64,000 nt of DNA from Eledone cirrhosa (GCA_964016885.1 OZ024742.1:106516001-106580000), one strand, 5' to 3'. Counted from the stretch's first letter, positions 44,646 to 60,535 are shown. A program made the numbers and translations. Notes: a model not told the origin generated them from the sequence alone.

Positions 44646-45323
44646 GACGTAAAATAAGAAAATTTAAAAAAAATTTAAAAATTAACTTACTTACTAAACT
44701 TTTCACTCCAACTAATTACTTTCTGTAATGGGATAAAGATAGTTACGTAATATAACCATCGAGAATTCATTACGTCATCAGGGAGTCTATTCTCAGCTAA
44801 GTCTCCAGGCAATGCGCGGACACTGGGGACTCATATAAAAATAATAATAATTCGGTAGATGGACAGCAAGCGGGGACTGGATTCCATGCACTGAAAAGTT
44901 CGCTGTCTCTGGTCAAATGGCAGATTCTAAAGAATCAATCACGTGACACTGAGGCTAGTCGGAAGGAGTGGGTTGGTAAGATGACAGAAGCCTACTACCA
45001 CACCAATGAATTAGTAGTGGTTTTGGCAGGTTTGCTCAACAAATAAATAATTTGGAGATAAATATAGAGAATTTAGTATATCTACCAACATATGCGTACA
45101 GATGTACACTAATGCTAGCAAATACATAAGTTATGTCATAGTACCTAGGTGGTTCAATGCAGGAGGATGCCGAACAATAATATGAAAGACGTAAAATAAG
45201 AAAATTTTAAAAAAATTTAAAAATTAACTTACTAAAATTTTCACTCCAACTAATTAGTTTCTGTAATGGGATAAAGATAGTTACGTAATATAACCATCGA
45301 GAATTCATTACGTCATCAGGGAG
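44640..45323 (-). mobile_element. ~1.3-mer of a ~540-bp non-coding unit with two tandem HHRs (44706-44785, 45244-45323); retrozyme-like
   Basis: 44640-44785 repeats at 45182-45323; minus: CTCC-CTGATGA-cGTAATG..CATTACa-GAAA-CTAATTAG-TT-GGAG; (TA)n on both sides. Confidence 0.78.
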
Positions 45324-45441
45324 TATATATATGTATATATGTATATATATATATATGTTTATGTATGTGTATATGTGTATATATGTATATGCTTGTATAT
45401 ATGTATATGCTTGTATATGTATATGTATGTATGTGTGTATA

Positions 45442-45540
<99 letters not shown>

Positions 45541-46066
45541 ATGTATGGGTGTGTTTATGTATGTGTATATATATATACTTATCTGAGTTTGATTGTTTAT
45601 GCATAAACATACTTAGTAATATGTTAGCGTGTATAATATGTTATATTATACTGAGTGCAATTTACCACACCGTACTTTATGCTGTTGGTTAAGTTGTATA
45701 TTATCGCATTACTATATCACATTATCTTATTATAATTTTCATCTTTTAATATACTATCTTTCCTAGCCATAAAATTAATTTATATTCACCTTAAAACTCA
45801 ATACAACACTAATCACCATTTATTTTGACATTCCTTTTAAATTCACTATCAGTTTGACAATCCCTTCCTTCCTAATAGATAGTTATGCCATTTCTACTAA
45901 CACCTTTCAACTATTCCTTTCAAAGGGTCATGACCTCAACTAAAGTGTATTACTTTTCATCTTAACACCATATGAAAAAAACAATTTGATTCGTTAGTTC
46001 TTCAACTACCTCCAAATATGGACATGATACTAATTCTGAGTAAAATTATTATTGAATCAAATTATT

Positions 46067-46202
46067 ATTGCTTTTGAAAACAGCTGGTGATATGCATGTA
46101 AGTAAATATTCTCTCTATCAGATAGTTTGTAAACTTACATAGATTAATAACTGAGTATAGATTCAATGTATTATCACCATGTAGAAACGATCGTAAAGCA
46201 GT
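46067..46202 (+). ncRNA. Hammerhead ribozyme, U3-A8 core, ~100-nt stem II domain
   Basis: ATTGCTT-TTGAAAA-..TGGTGATA..TATCACCA..-GAAA-CGATCG-TA-AAGCAGT. Confidence 0.65.
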
Positions 46203-46245
46203 GAAGTATATCTCTAATGACTTGATTTTTTATTTCATTGTTTTA

Positions 46246-47693
<1,448 letters not shown>

Positions 47694-47703
47694 AACGATT
47701 TAT

Positions 47704-48907
47704 ATGAAGTGGATTACTCTCTGAAGAATATTCCCACTCCCTCCAACCATGTTTACTTAAAGCTTCTCCTACAAAAAGCGGAAGATGTCGTGAAACGCTT
47801 AAGATGGCGAGCCCTAGCTTTTGACTGTAAAATTACAGGCACCAGTAACACCTTCAACCTGAAATCGAGAGCCTACCCTCCTAAGGTAACTGAACTCGCT
47901 CCTTTCGAAGCGGACCTTCTTAACTTAGTCGCTAACATTTCCTTTCGCAAACACTCTAACACCTTCCAAACTAAACTTAGAAATGATATTAAGAAATTTA
48001 AGTCTTCCAATAACACTTTCGTTCTTTCTGACAAAACCAATAATATTTACTAAGTCGATAATACTACTTAAAGCCACTTGGCACGTAACGCCATAACCTC
48101 TAAATATAAGAAGGCTAACCCTACGGCCTACCACGACATCAATACAGAATCCAAAGACCTTGCTACCGCCCTTAAGGTAGATAAGACTCTACAATGCTTA
48201 GCTAAACGTGAGGCGTTTCACACCCTGAAGGATCACAAGGTAGACTTTGCTTCTAATCCCACGTGTAGACTAGTGAACCCGGCACGCACGGAAATGGGAC
48301 TAGTCAGTAAGGCTACATAGTTAAGCCCATTAGGACCAAGTCCATCCTGTCTCAGTGGGAGAACAGCGACTCTGTCATTAAGTGGTTTAACTCCTTCAAC
48401 TTCAAAAAAGCGAAGTTCACGCAATTCGACATTGTGGATTTTTACCCGTCAATCTCAGAGACCTTGCTAAACAAAGCGTTGGACTTTGCTGCCACTTACG
48501 CTACCGTCCATGTTTTAGAGAGGAAGATCATCGCACACTGTAGGAAAACCCTCCTCTTCAATAACGGAGTAGCCTGGACAAAAACGTCAACCACTTCAGA
48601 GCTATTCGACGTCTCCATGGGATCGTTCGACAGTGCTGGCGTATGCGACTTGGTTGGCTTATTTGTTTTAGATATATTACGTGTTAGGTTCCCGGATTTC
48701 CACACGGGAATATACCGCGACGATGGTCTGACCTTATCGAGCCATAAAAGTGGTCACAACCGTGACCGGTTTAAAAAAGATTTAATTTAACGGTAGATAC
48801 CAACCTCTCTAGCGTAGATTTCTTAGACATTAATTTAGACCTTCGCACACATACCTTCAGACCCTTCCATAAACTAAACGAAAAACTTAATTACATACAC
48901 AAGGACT
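47704..48907 (+). pseudogene. Penelope element N-terminus + RT (same family, opposite orientation)
   Basis: DYSLKNIP..VKRLRWRAL; SDKTNNIY; LKDHK; FDIVDFYPSI; MGSFDSA; IYRDDGL. Confidence 0.9.
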
Positions 48908-49337
48908 TGTAGTGACCTACAATCCGCGGGCTCACATACATTCTCTGTGCGTGATTTGGCTCAGCTCAGCCAATCAGCGCCAGGAGAAGAGGATGTATCC
49001 CTACGCGTCCTGAGGGAGAAATAGCCCTCGAAGATTTGAGGAATCTCACTCTTGCAGCTCGACCACGCTAAGGTAAAACACCACTTGTTCTTTTGCTCCG
49101 TAAGCACAAACAATATGTAACGACGCAACAATTTTACTACGGACCTGGCCAAACGCCTCAGCCAGTCGACCGTATTTTCTCTTGTAATCTTAATTGAATT
49201 ATTTCATTATTCTTGGAATCCCAACTTAATTCACTTCTTAACCTTTGTTAATAAATTATGTAAAAACAAGCTAAAGTCGTTGTCGATATTCCTATCATAT
49301 CTTTCTACCAAAGATGGTTCCTCGTGGCAACATTACA
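48908..49337 (+). mobile_element. Probable solo LTR (~430 bp)
   Basis: TGTAGT..ATTACA termini, CCAAT, AATAAA; interrupts the PLE; no clean TSD. Confidence 0.6.
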
Positions 49338-49368
49338 ACTTCTAAACATAACTCTCTGCTAAAGACTC

Positions 49369-49763
49369 ATCCGTCTTGTGTACTGTGTATTGAAGAAAGG
49401 ATAAATATTCTAAGGAGATTACGCCATAGTGATTGCCTAAATTCAAGAATTGAAATATTCTCACGTTGTCCACACGTCTGGAAACACCTCTTGCATAACT
49501 ACAAAGCTCCGGATTGAATAACAGCGACATTCTAATATTCTAATCAACTCGAACAATTTATTCCGAACATTCGCAGTTATCTCCCCGACACTATTCGCCC
49601 GTGGTTTTGTATCGTTTGGGTGAAGTGACTGTTCTGCGCGTGCGCGTTCATACGGTTGTTTTTCCTGTTCCGTATAACCATTGCCAGTCCGAGCTGAAGA
49701 TCCGCATAAGGTGAAACAATTGTTCTCGGTATGGTGAACTAACTGTTGTGTTACTACTTCTAC
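49369..49763 (+). mobile_element. Penelope 3' end/pLTR (HHR-like motif 49691-49727), inverted relative to 46434-46822
   Basis: PSCVLCIEERINIL..RCPHVWKH; GAG-CTGAAGA-..-GAAA-CAATTG-TT-CTC. Confidence 0.85.
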
Positions 49764-50569
49764 CAAACTCATCCCATGGATTGAGTGCTCTACCACTACG
49801 GATATTACCTTCCAGTGTATTTATATATTTATTTACACAGAGTGTAGTGTTGTGGGAACAGATTTCCCTTAATTTTTGGAGGAGGCACGGCGTTCCCTTA
49901 CTATATTAAATACATCCAATTTAAAGACACTAAAAAAACATTCCTTGCCCAAAACATAAGGAACATTCATCAACCATTTCAAAATTCTTTAATTCTACTG
50001 AACTGTTGAGTCATTATCGCATTACGTACTAAATTTATTGCAGATTGGCGGCCGTTCCCCTCACATTGATGTTAAAACATCTGGTTTAAACAGTTTTAGT
50101 CTGTTATTCTTATTGGTATAAACAGTCTTAGTCTTTTATTCTTATTGTATTTTACTTTAATTCGTTGGTATGAAATATTATTCTTTTAATAAACAGCAGA
50201 AACATGAAACATTTTTTTTTAAATAATATGCTTTCACGTGAACATACTGGAGGCAGAACATATGTTCTTCACCTCACACTTAGTTCTTTACTCCCGACAC
50301 CCAAAAGATCGATGCTAATCATATTTCGCTGAAACTGTTGCAAGTCAACACTTTTTGAAAAACATGTACAGATAGGGAGTGTTCCAGAGTGTCGACATTT
50401 TGAGAAAAAAGGATTGGACATAATGCTTCTTCTAGCAATGAACCTACATGCAATCCGGCCTACCCTTCACAGCACTTCTATCTTGACCGCTAGCCACGCG
50501 ATGTTTTCCACCCCATTTGAATTCGTTACTAACGGCGATCAATTTGGAAATTTCGCTTCTGACTGAGGG

Positions 50570-50656
50570 AGTCTCTTGAAAAGCTCGGAGCCTCGTGGAT
50601 AATGCAACGATTAGACATTCCACAAGGTACAAGCGAAACTATCGATAGTCGGGACT
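50570..50656 (+). ncRNA. Hammerhead ribozyme, U3-A8 core (GUC)
   Basis: AGTCTC-TTGAAAA-GCT..GTGGA..TCCAC..AGC-GAAA-CTATCGATAG-TC-GGGACT. Confidence 0.72.
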
Positions 50657-50961
50657 GGGAGAGTTTTTTGGTAACGTTTATCTATTATTTCTTCAAATTC
50701 ACATTTTAGACTTAGCTCCGTTTAATTGATTATTTGTCTAGTTAATTTCTACGAGGAAAGATTTGGTAAATTTTATCTCCTCATAAAGTAATATCGATAA
50801 CATTTATCTGTTATTTCTTCAAAGTTACATTTTAAACTGAGTTCCGTTTAAATTATTATTAATCTGGTTGATTTCTACGGACTAAGAAGAAAGAATTGGA
50901 TAAATTTTGTCTGACTATTCTTCAAACTTATACTTATTTATATATATATATATATATATAT

Positions 50962-52066
50962 ACAAAAAAGTACGTCCATAGAATCATTTGATAAAATATA
51001 AACAGTATTTCCACTCCCAATCAGCATAATCAACCACACAAAAAATCAATTAAACAAGTCTATAAGATTAAAAGGCACCTATGAAGAAACATTAGATAAA
51101 TAAACGATAGCTATTTATCCGCGATCAACAACCACAGAATATTTACCCAGTATTTCTAATAGCCCGTGGAAATCGATTAGATATATCGCCAACCATGCAC
51201 AATTAGGTACAAAATCAAAGTTAGAAGAAAAAGTATATTGCTCTGATTGTTGATTATTTAATTAATTAATTTGTCATTGAGCCACACCGTGAATTGATGC
51301 CAAAAACACATATATATATCTATGGCTCTGTCTAGTTTATGTATATGTAAATCTATATATTTGATAATCTCCCATATGGGTGAGAAACAATTTAGGCAGT
51401 ATTCGGCTACGCTTTCTAGCAACCAGCCCACTCGCCGTAAGGCACCAATCACAAACTTTCTGACTTGACCACTAGCCACGTCACAGTTCATAGCTATTTT
51501 GAATTCGTTTCTGGCGGGGATCAATTAAGAAAAATCTTTGTCCAATTGAGTTTGTTTCCTGATGATTTCGAAACTCGTGAATTTATCTTGGATCGGATAT
51601 TTCCAAAAAGCGAATGAAACCCCATCGGGTAGAGACATAATTTTGGTATGCTTATATACATTTTTTATTCTAACTTTGATTTTGTACCTAATTGTGTCTG
51701 GTTGGCGATATATCTAATCGATTTCCACGGGCTATTAGAAATACTGGGTAATATTCTGTGGTTGTTGATCGCGGATAAATAGCTATCGTTTATTTATCTA
51801 TTGTTTCTTCATAGGTGCCTTTTAATCTTATAGCCTTGTTTAATTCATTTTTTGTGTGGTTGATTATGCTGATTGGGAGAGGAAATACTGTATATATTTT
51901 ATCAAATGATTCTATGGACATACTTCCTTGTATATTGCTCTGATTGTTGATTATTTAATTAATTAATTTGTCATTGAGCCACACCGTGAATGAATGCCAA
52001 AAACATATATATATATATATATATATATGGCTCTGTCTAGTTTATGTATATGTAAATCTATATATT
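50962..52066 (+). mobile_element. ~700-bp terminally redundant HHR unit (51233-52066) with upstream inverted partial copy (50962-51235)
   Basis: 51233-51361 repeats at 51930-52066; 50965-51232 is the reverse complement of 51660-51928. Confidence 0.8.
51553..51637 (+). ncRNA. Hammerhead ribozyme (GUA)
   Basis: TGTTTC-CTGATGA-..CGAAT-GAAA-CCC catc GGG-TA-GAGACA. Confidence 0.72.
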
Positions 52067-52067
52067 T

Positions 52068-52106
<39 letters not shown>

Positions 52107-52354
52107 AAACAAAACTACATAAAAAATTCACAGATACACACGCACGCACATTTCCATCAAACGATACACAAACCAAACACATACACAATCAATAATGCAT
52201 ACCCACGAAATGCACTCCATCTGCACACACATAACACCCATGATACGCCGAGACTCTCAGCTTCGGTATTCCCCTACCACCCTCCCTTCACGTAAGCTAG
52301 ACTATGCACCTACCCCCACCCAGCCATCTAATTTTTTTCTATACTTCATTATTC

Positions 52355-52440
<86 letters not shown>

Positions 52441-52631
52441 AACTCTCTTTCCGAACTCTCTCTCTCTCCGAACCCTTTCTCTCCGAACTCTCCATTTTCC
52501 TGAAGAAGAAATTATATATAGTTCACATAGACTCCCATGCGTGTTGAAACCCATCTTTTCTCCGTTCAGTGGGTTTATACGCCTCGTTATAATTAGACTA
52601 TTTTATTTAGTAAAAAGGTTGCTGTATATAT

Positions 52632-52987
<356 letters not shown>

Positions 52988-53397
52988 AGAAAGTGTGGTA
53001 AGAAACCAGGTGGACCATAACGCACCAGAGTATTCGATACTTAGGGTAGTAGAGTGGGTAATAGGAAAAGAGTCAGGACCCCGACGGCTGAGCTCCGACC
53101 GTTTCGACATCCTATATATATATATATTAATATATCAAAGCTTGATATGTTAGGAAAAGAAAAGACTATTTACATATCGGACACTAGTCATTCATCAGAT
53201 GATAGAGAGAGAATTAAAAGATGAAATAAATATAAAAAGTGAAAATTGAAAGGAATGCTAAAAAGTTTTTTTTTCTGAAAAGCAAGTGTGTATTGTGTGA
53301 GCCATATATATGTGTGTGGGGTGGGGTGGGGGTGGGGGATTGTGTGTGTGTGTGTGTGTGCGCGTGTGTGTGTGTGTGCGAATAGGCAGGCAGACAA

Positions 53398-53478
<81 letters not shown>
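53398..53478. repeat. (GATA)n microsatellite
   Basis: Direct reading. Confidence 0.97.
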
Positions 53479-54738
53479 AGGATTGAGGTATGCACAAATT
53501 TATACATACAGACGCTTATATACATGCACATGAAAGTTCTCAAGCATAGCAACAGCAACAACGACCATAAAATACAAAGAAAACAGCAGCCATAACAACA
53601 CTAGCTATAACAATATCAATAATGGCAAGTAAAATATTTTTCAACAACAGCGACAATACTATCATCATCATGAACAATAATAATAATAATATTAACTACA
53701 TCAACAATAAAAGTTGTATCACGATTTACAATAGCAGTAACGAAGTCAACTATAGTCATAACAGAAGCAGGGGCAACAATAGCTACAAGGGCGACAACAG
53801 CAATAAAAACAGGAGATAAAAAGCATCAATAGCGAAGAATGAAGCAATAAAAAGGGGAAACTAGAAAACTAATTATAAAATCTAGAATGAGAATAAGTTG
53901 GGTTAATGAAGGATAAAATAGAGAGCATAATTATTTGAGATTAAATATCGGTGAGATACTAAAGAAGCTAGGCATTACAATTGAAAGTTATAATGGCTGG
54001 GAGCAGACGATAATAAATAGAATTGGTGGGAAAATAGAATGCGTGTAGCAACGGTGGAAATGGAGCGGAATGTAAGACGGAAAAAAATGTTTATCAACAA
54101 TGTAAAGTTATATATTTTTTAGGCAGATCTTGAAGAAACAAAAGGTTGGGAGTGAAAGAAAAACATATTTGTACTAATATAGTTCATTTACAGCGCAACA
54201 ATGGCCGGACAACTAAATCTTTAAAAAATTGACATCTTATGAAGAAGAAAGTTTTATACAGATTAAGCACATTGAAATATAACTGGAAGTTGTATGGAAG
54301 ATAATTAAAAAGGCGAGTTAAAACAAGTAACAATCCAATACGTGGAATATTGGATAAACCATCAAGAAAGTTTGACTGGAAAGATAGTGAATCACATTCG
54401 TTATACAATGCCCAACGAAACTGCGTACGACTAATTTAGATTGTTGTGTGGAAAATAATTGTTTTAATCAACGGATTTGAAGAGAATCAGATTGAATGGA
54501 ATGGAAACAAAATAGATTGGAATTAGATAATACAGCAATGCAGTCAACATACCACATAAAATCCTCTTTTAAGAAAGTTATTGGATCACTACTAAAAAGA
54601 GCTGTTTTGCTCCAGGTCAGTACCGATCGCATACACGTGCGGTGAAAGACGTGTTAGCCGTAACCAACCTGATCTTTTTTAAATTTCTTAATGTCTATAA
54701 CTACATTAGCTAATATGCCATTCCTCTTTAAGATAGTA

Positions 54739-54958
54739 CAAACTTGTCAACTCTCCCCGCTGGACGAGATCTCCCACCTAGTTTGGTGTGGGTAAGAGAT
54801 ATCTTCTCTTGTAAAATTATGTAAAATCATTGTAAATCTTGTAAAATCATTGTAAATTCATTATGTAAAATCTCCCCATTTTGTCTCCTTTCTCCCCGTT
54901 TTGGCGCATTTTTCTTCATGGTACTCCTCGTTTGGGTTTTTAAAGGTTGACAGGTCTA
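54739..54958. mobile_element. Possible MITE
   Basis: Imperfect terminal inverted repeats CAAACTTGTCAAC / GTTGACAGGTCTA. Confidence 0.3.
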
Positions 54959-55975
54959 GATATTATATAGTCCAGCTCATTCCAACACAAAAATTGGGCT
55001 TAAAACAGTTTACGTCTACCCAATTTCATTCATTCACAGGGCATATGATTTCAGAAAAATTTGGTTGCTATTTTTAGAAGAACAAGCAATTAGTTAGAGG
55101 CCCTTTCATTGTGTAGTCTTTTTCTGGATAGAAGATTTTGCCCTCACGTGGGGAGATGTCTTGCAGATATCACACCATGTAATGGTAAAATCTTCTATTC
55201 TGAAAAACTATGGGAACTTATCTTGCTCTATATTGCTGCTTATACCCGAAATTACTAGTAGGAATAGGTACTTTGACAGCTCACGATGGATCACCATCGG
55301 TTTCGACGATGAGTGTTCCAGTTGTTCGATCAGTCTGTTCATAAAATTAACATTCAAATGCCGAGCATTATAGAGACACGTATAACCTTAACGTAATTAT
55401 CAGGGAGGTTCAGTGTGAATTGCAGATGCAGTCCATTCGAGGGATTCTCCATAATTTCTGTCTACCAATTTCACTCACAAAGCATGGGACCACCCGAAAC
55501 TATAGTAAATTTCACTTGCACAAGATGCCACGCAGTGGAATCGAAACCGGAACCTAATTGCGAATCAAACCTCTTAACCATTTGGATATGTTGCGACCAC
55601 GTTGATAGTCCGACCAGAAATTGCACCTTCATCTAGGAATCCGCATGTTGGAAGACTACGATTACATTACATTGACCATACACCCAACTTACAATAACTA
55701 GTGTATTTCTGAGTACATTTTATCTTGTCGGTTTATATTGAATATTAAGATGAGTGTTAAAAATATCATAGTATTAAAACATTTAAACATTAACTGATTG
55801 AGCATGTAATACGTATGGGCAGATTGTCATTGATATTTTCTACGTAGAAAAGTGGCAATGTCTTCGAAGTTTCAGCTTGGTCGCTTCATCTAGCTACGTC
55901 ATATCGTGAGATCAGACTTAGGTTTATAGAGGTCTGGATAGTAGTAGAAGGTAGGAGGATTAGAAAATCTATATA

Positions 55976-56137
55976 TAATTGTTTCTACTATTGGCACAAG
56001 GCCATCAATTAATTACCCCGGTGCATTTATCGACTCCGTAAGGATGAAAGGCAAAGTGAACCTCGGTGGGATTTGAACTCAGAACGTAAAGGGTCATAAC
56101 TCTATGCCACAAAGCATGGTGTCTCACGCTAGTACCA
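55976..56137 (-). mobile_element. tRNA-derived SINE
   Basis: Same family as 6027. Confidence 0.75.
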
Positions 56138-56237
56138 AATGTGTGTTTGTAGAAGGTTGATTGCTTTTGATTGGGTGTCTCGAGTGTATGTGATTGTGTG
56201 CATGTGTGCCTGTGTCTTATGTGTGTACGTGTCTAAA

Positions 56238-56340
<103 letters not shown>

Positions 56341-56484
56341 AAGAGAGAGAGAGAGAGTATTTTAGCTTACGGGATGTAAGTGTTAAACGGGTGGGGATTT
56401 TTATATAAAAAAGTGGAGAAATTTATATATATATAAAATTATTTAGAATGTACCTCTAATATCGTTAATATATAATAGTTGTAA

Positions 56485-56682
56485 GTGGCGGATCGGTAGA
56501 GCAGCGAGTAAAATGCCATTGCGGTATTTATTTTGACTCTTAACTTTCTGAGTTCGAATTCCAACAGGCTTAACTTTGCCTTTCATCCTTCTGGGGTGGA
56601 TACTATAAAGTAGCAATCAAGTACAGGGGTTGATTTAATCCATTTGCTCTTCACCCAAATATGTGCCTAAATTAGAAATCAA
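56485..56682 (+). mobile_element. tRNA-derived SINE (older)
   Basis: B box GAGTTCGAATTCC; GCCTTTCATCCTTCTGGGGT core. Confidence 0.7.
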
Positions 56683-56696
56683 TATACAAGATTTGT

Positions 56697-57050
56697 ATGG
56701 TGGTGGTGATGGTGGTGGTGTTGGTGGTGGGGGGCGTGGTGGTGATGGTGATGGCGGTGGCAGTGGTGGTGGTGGTAGTGGTGTTGATGGTGATGGTGGT
56801 AGTGCTGGTGGTGGTGTTGGTGGTGGTGGTCGTGGTGGTGATGGTGGTGGTGATGGCGGTGGCAGTGAACGTGGTGATGGTAGTGGTGTTTGTGGTGATC
56901 GTGGTGGTGTTGGTGGTGGTGTTGGTGGTGGTGGTGGTGATGGTGGTGGTGGTGATGGTGATGGTGGTGGTAATGGTGTTGGTGGTGAAGGTGGTGGTCG
57001 TGGTGGTCGTGGTGGCCGTCATCTTTGTCGTCGTCGTTGTCGTGGTAATT
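56697..57050. repeat. Degenerate (GGT)n
   Basis: Direct reading. Confidence 0.9.
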
Positions 57051-57678
57051 GAAATGGGGGTTTGGAGCAGGTGGAGTGTTAGAGGGGTGTGCAGGGGGTG
57101 ACAATAATGTTTGTGGTGGGGATTCTTGGTGTGTGATGGTAACATTAGTGATAATGACAATGATATTGATGGTATTGGCTGCTGCTGCTGCTGCTGATGA
57201 TGATGATGATGAGGAGGAGGAGGAGGAGGAGGGGGGAGGAGGAGGAGGAGGGGGGGATATGGGTAGCAGTCTGGGTGGTGATTGTTGTTAATATAGTGTT
57301 GTCAGCAGCAACTCTGATTCAAATAAATTCAAATTATATTTTCCCTTGAGGGAAAAATAAACAAAAAAACGTTGAAATAAATTTTATTTCAAATGAGGGA
57401 GAAAATCGAGGTGGAATGAGGAAAAGAGAAGGAAAGCAAGCGAGAGAGAGAGGATAAGGTAGATTTACGTGGAGAGTATCCAGAGATATACAATAACAGA
57501 GAGGTGGGAGGAGAGAGAGAGTGGGAGATAGAGAGAGGAGGGAGGAGAGAGAGATGCGGTGGAGAATTGGAGTAGCTTTGAGGGAATATCTATACATATT
57601 TGTGTATGTGTGTATGTGTTTATATATATATCATATATAAAATATATATATCATATATAAAATATATATAAATATATG

Positions 57679-57744
<66 letters not shown>

Positions 57745-58670
57745 GCGTGCATACACACATGGATACATTTATAATGTCCATTATGTCACATATCTGTGTA
57801 GATGATATTCCACATGTGATAAGCAGCTGCCTAAAAATTATCATGAAGCTACCACCTTCGTAAGCGGCGTTGTGTTGTTGTTAAAACAATATACAATGCC
57901 ATTCATAAGAGAGATTGCCCTGGGACTAATATATTTTTGATGTTGTGTATATTCATACATTCCAGCACAAGGAATATTGGAGGAACAATTCTATCAAAGC
58001 TGCCGCCATATGTAAACACAATAATGCTTGATACACTGAGTTAAGCCGAGGAGGCCTCTATACGGTCGCACAAACTATGGGAAATAGCTGCCAAATTTCT
58101 CCCAAAGCACACAATATAATTTTAATAAGTGACATTGAATAATGTAGCCCGAAGTAGGCTATTTCTAAGGAGTAAGAAACACAATCGACCACAACCAAAA
58201 TGTTAAACCATGTCATAAGATTTATTACTCTTAAACACCTTAGTGGCAGAGTTAAAATATTATATCTCCGAGGAATGACACAACTGATTTTTAATAAAAA
58301 TTAAAAGCCCCTGTTTTAAGCTGTTTGGCCTCACAAAACAGTCAACTTGTGTTTCCTGTAAAATTTGTCTGAAAGGTATACCTGGAAATAGACATCGCGC
58401 ACGCCCCAATGGTAAATGGAGAGACGTCAATGCAATGACAATTAACAGGGGAAGTCTCTCTTAAATAAGTCTGGAAGCTATGATACATAGAAAGAGAAAT
58501 CGAGAACGTCCTGTAATAGATGGTTAGAACAGATCCTGTTAATCAGTGACACATGTAAATGCATTAACAGTGTATAGGAATACATTGAGGAAATATGTTC
58601 AGGATATAGGTAGAAGCTGATTTTCAGCACCATGGATTCTATCTGTTATATTCCTTTGTTATATTTTGAA

Positions 58671-58726
58671 TACCTTATGATGTCACCGGATTCATACTGA
58701 ACCCGGTCATTGAAATGATCATAGTA
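58671..58726 (+). ncRNA. Hammerhead-like motif (G5>U mutated)
   Basis: TAC-CTTATGA-..ACCGG..CCGGT..-GAAA-TGATCA-TA-GTA, then AATAAA and (TA)n. Confidence 0.5.
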
Positions 58727-58767
58727 CAATAAACCTTTCAAGGATTTACACCAGCCCAGCCTCCTGT

Positions 58768-59094
<327 letters not shown>

Positions 59095-59199
59095 ATATAT
59101 ATATATATATATAAATTTTTTTTTTTTTTTTTAAAGAAAGCGGGTATAATTTAAAAGAAATTTGGCAACTATACTCGTATTTGGTTCACCAGGTCACGG

Positions 59200-59640
59200 T
59201 AGTTCATTGGTTGAATGAGTTTTTATCAATCATCCATTTGCCGTTCTTCTTTCGGATAGAGTCCATAATGTTAGTAAGTGTAGTAACAGCACCATAACAG
59301 ATATAGGGGGAATACTCTAATGCTGGTTTTCTATGAGCCACCCGATCACGCAGGGCTTTCATAAGTTAGAGAAGAAAAAGGCAATATGATATCCATAATT
59401 AGTGGCCAGTACCGTGATGTAGGGGTAAGATGAGAAGTGACTCTACAACAACTAAAACCATGAAATAGTTTCAATAACTACCTAACAACATTTCACTTAT
59501 GTGGCCACTAATGCCTTTGGGGGAAATGTAGAGACATCACAACTTACCGTATCTTTTCTATTTGTCTACGAAAATCTGGGGCTTAAAGTACTCAATAGAA
59601 TTGAGAATTGAATTACCAGAGGGACTGTGTAGTAACAGTA
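59200..59640 (-). pseudogene. Degenerate CR1-group LINE remnant
   Basis: Minus: KPALEYSPYICYGA..IMDSIRKK. Confidence 0.4.
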
Positions 59641-60268
59641 GTAGAATACTAGATTGAATTTCATGAGTTTTTTAAATCTCTGTGAGTTCTTATTCCGCCG
59701 GTGTTTGCGTTGACTTTTTCTTGTGACATCGATAAAATATGTACTATTAATATACTGAGTCGCTTCAATCGACTATATCCTCCCTTTCATATGCGTTGTC
59801 CAATAGTTCGAAATCGATATTCAAAATTTATTCTGGTGAATCAATAGCTTTTAACATCTTACAATGATTTAACAGACCTTATCTAAAACGTGGTATGTTG
59901 ATTAAAATGTATTTAGTATCTTCGTTATTGAATAGATAATTGTGAAAATTTGCAATATTTGAGTAAAGGTTTTTATTTTTTATTTAATGTAGTCATAATG
60001 TTGTTCTATACCTTTCAAGAATGTATTGGCTTCATTTGGTATAGGACATTAAAATTAAAGTAGCCCGATTTTTATTCATGTTGATTATAATATAACTTTA
60101 TATGTATATGACTAATGTCGATGAATAATCGCAAGCATGGCTGTGTGGTTAAGAAGTTCGTTTTGCACTTGTCCAAGATGCCCATAAGGGCATCTTGGAC
60201 AACTGTCTTTATCAGATTAAATGGCTGGTAAGGAAGGTGTTTAACGAAATAGAAAAGATCTTCTGAAA

Positions 60269-60535
60269 ATGAGAATGCACAGGCAGTTTGAAAGAAATAC
60301 ACAGGATATCAAGGATAAAACAACATCATGGACATATTTTAAGCAAGGTGAATTGAAGCGTACCACTGAAAGCCTAATAATTACAGCACAAGACCAAGTT
60401 CTTCCTACCAATTCGATGAAGTATAATATCTACAAAACTTTTAGCACCAAGAAATACACACTCTGTGGAAAGAATGTGAAAATATTGCCAACTTGGTAAG
60501 TGGATGTGAGAGTCTTTTGCAAAAAGAATACAAAT
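60269..60535 (+). pseudogene. R4/Dong-like LINE fragment
   Basis: SWTYFKQGELKRTTESLIITAQDQVLPTN..LCG. Confidence 0.65.

Noticed and set aside
58307-58450. CCCCTGTT..AACAGGGG inverted termini
   Set aside because: Only 8 bp with no TSD; insufficient for a MITE call
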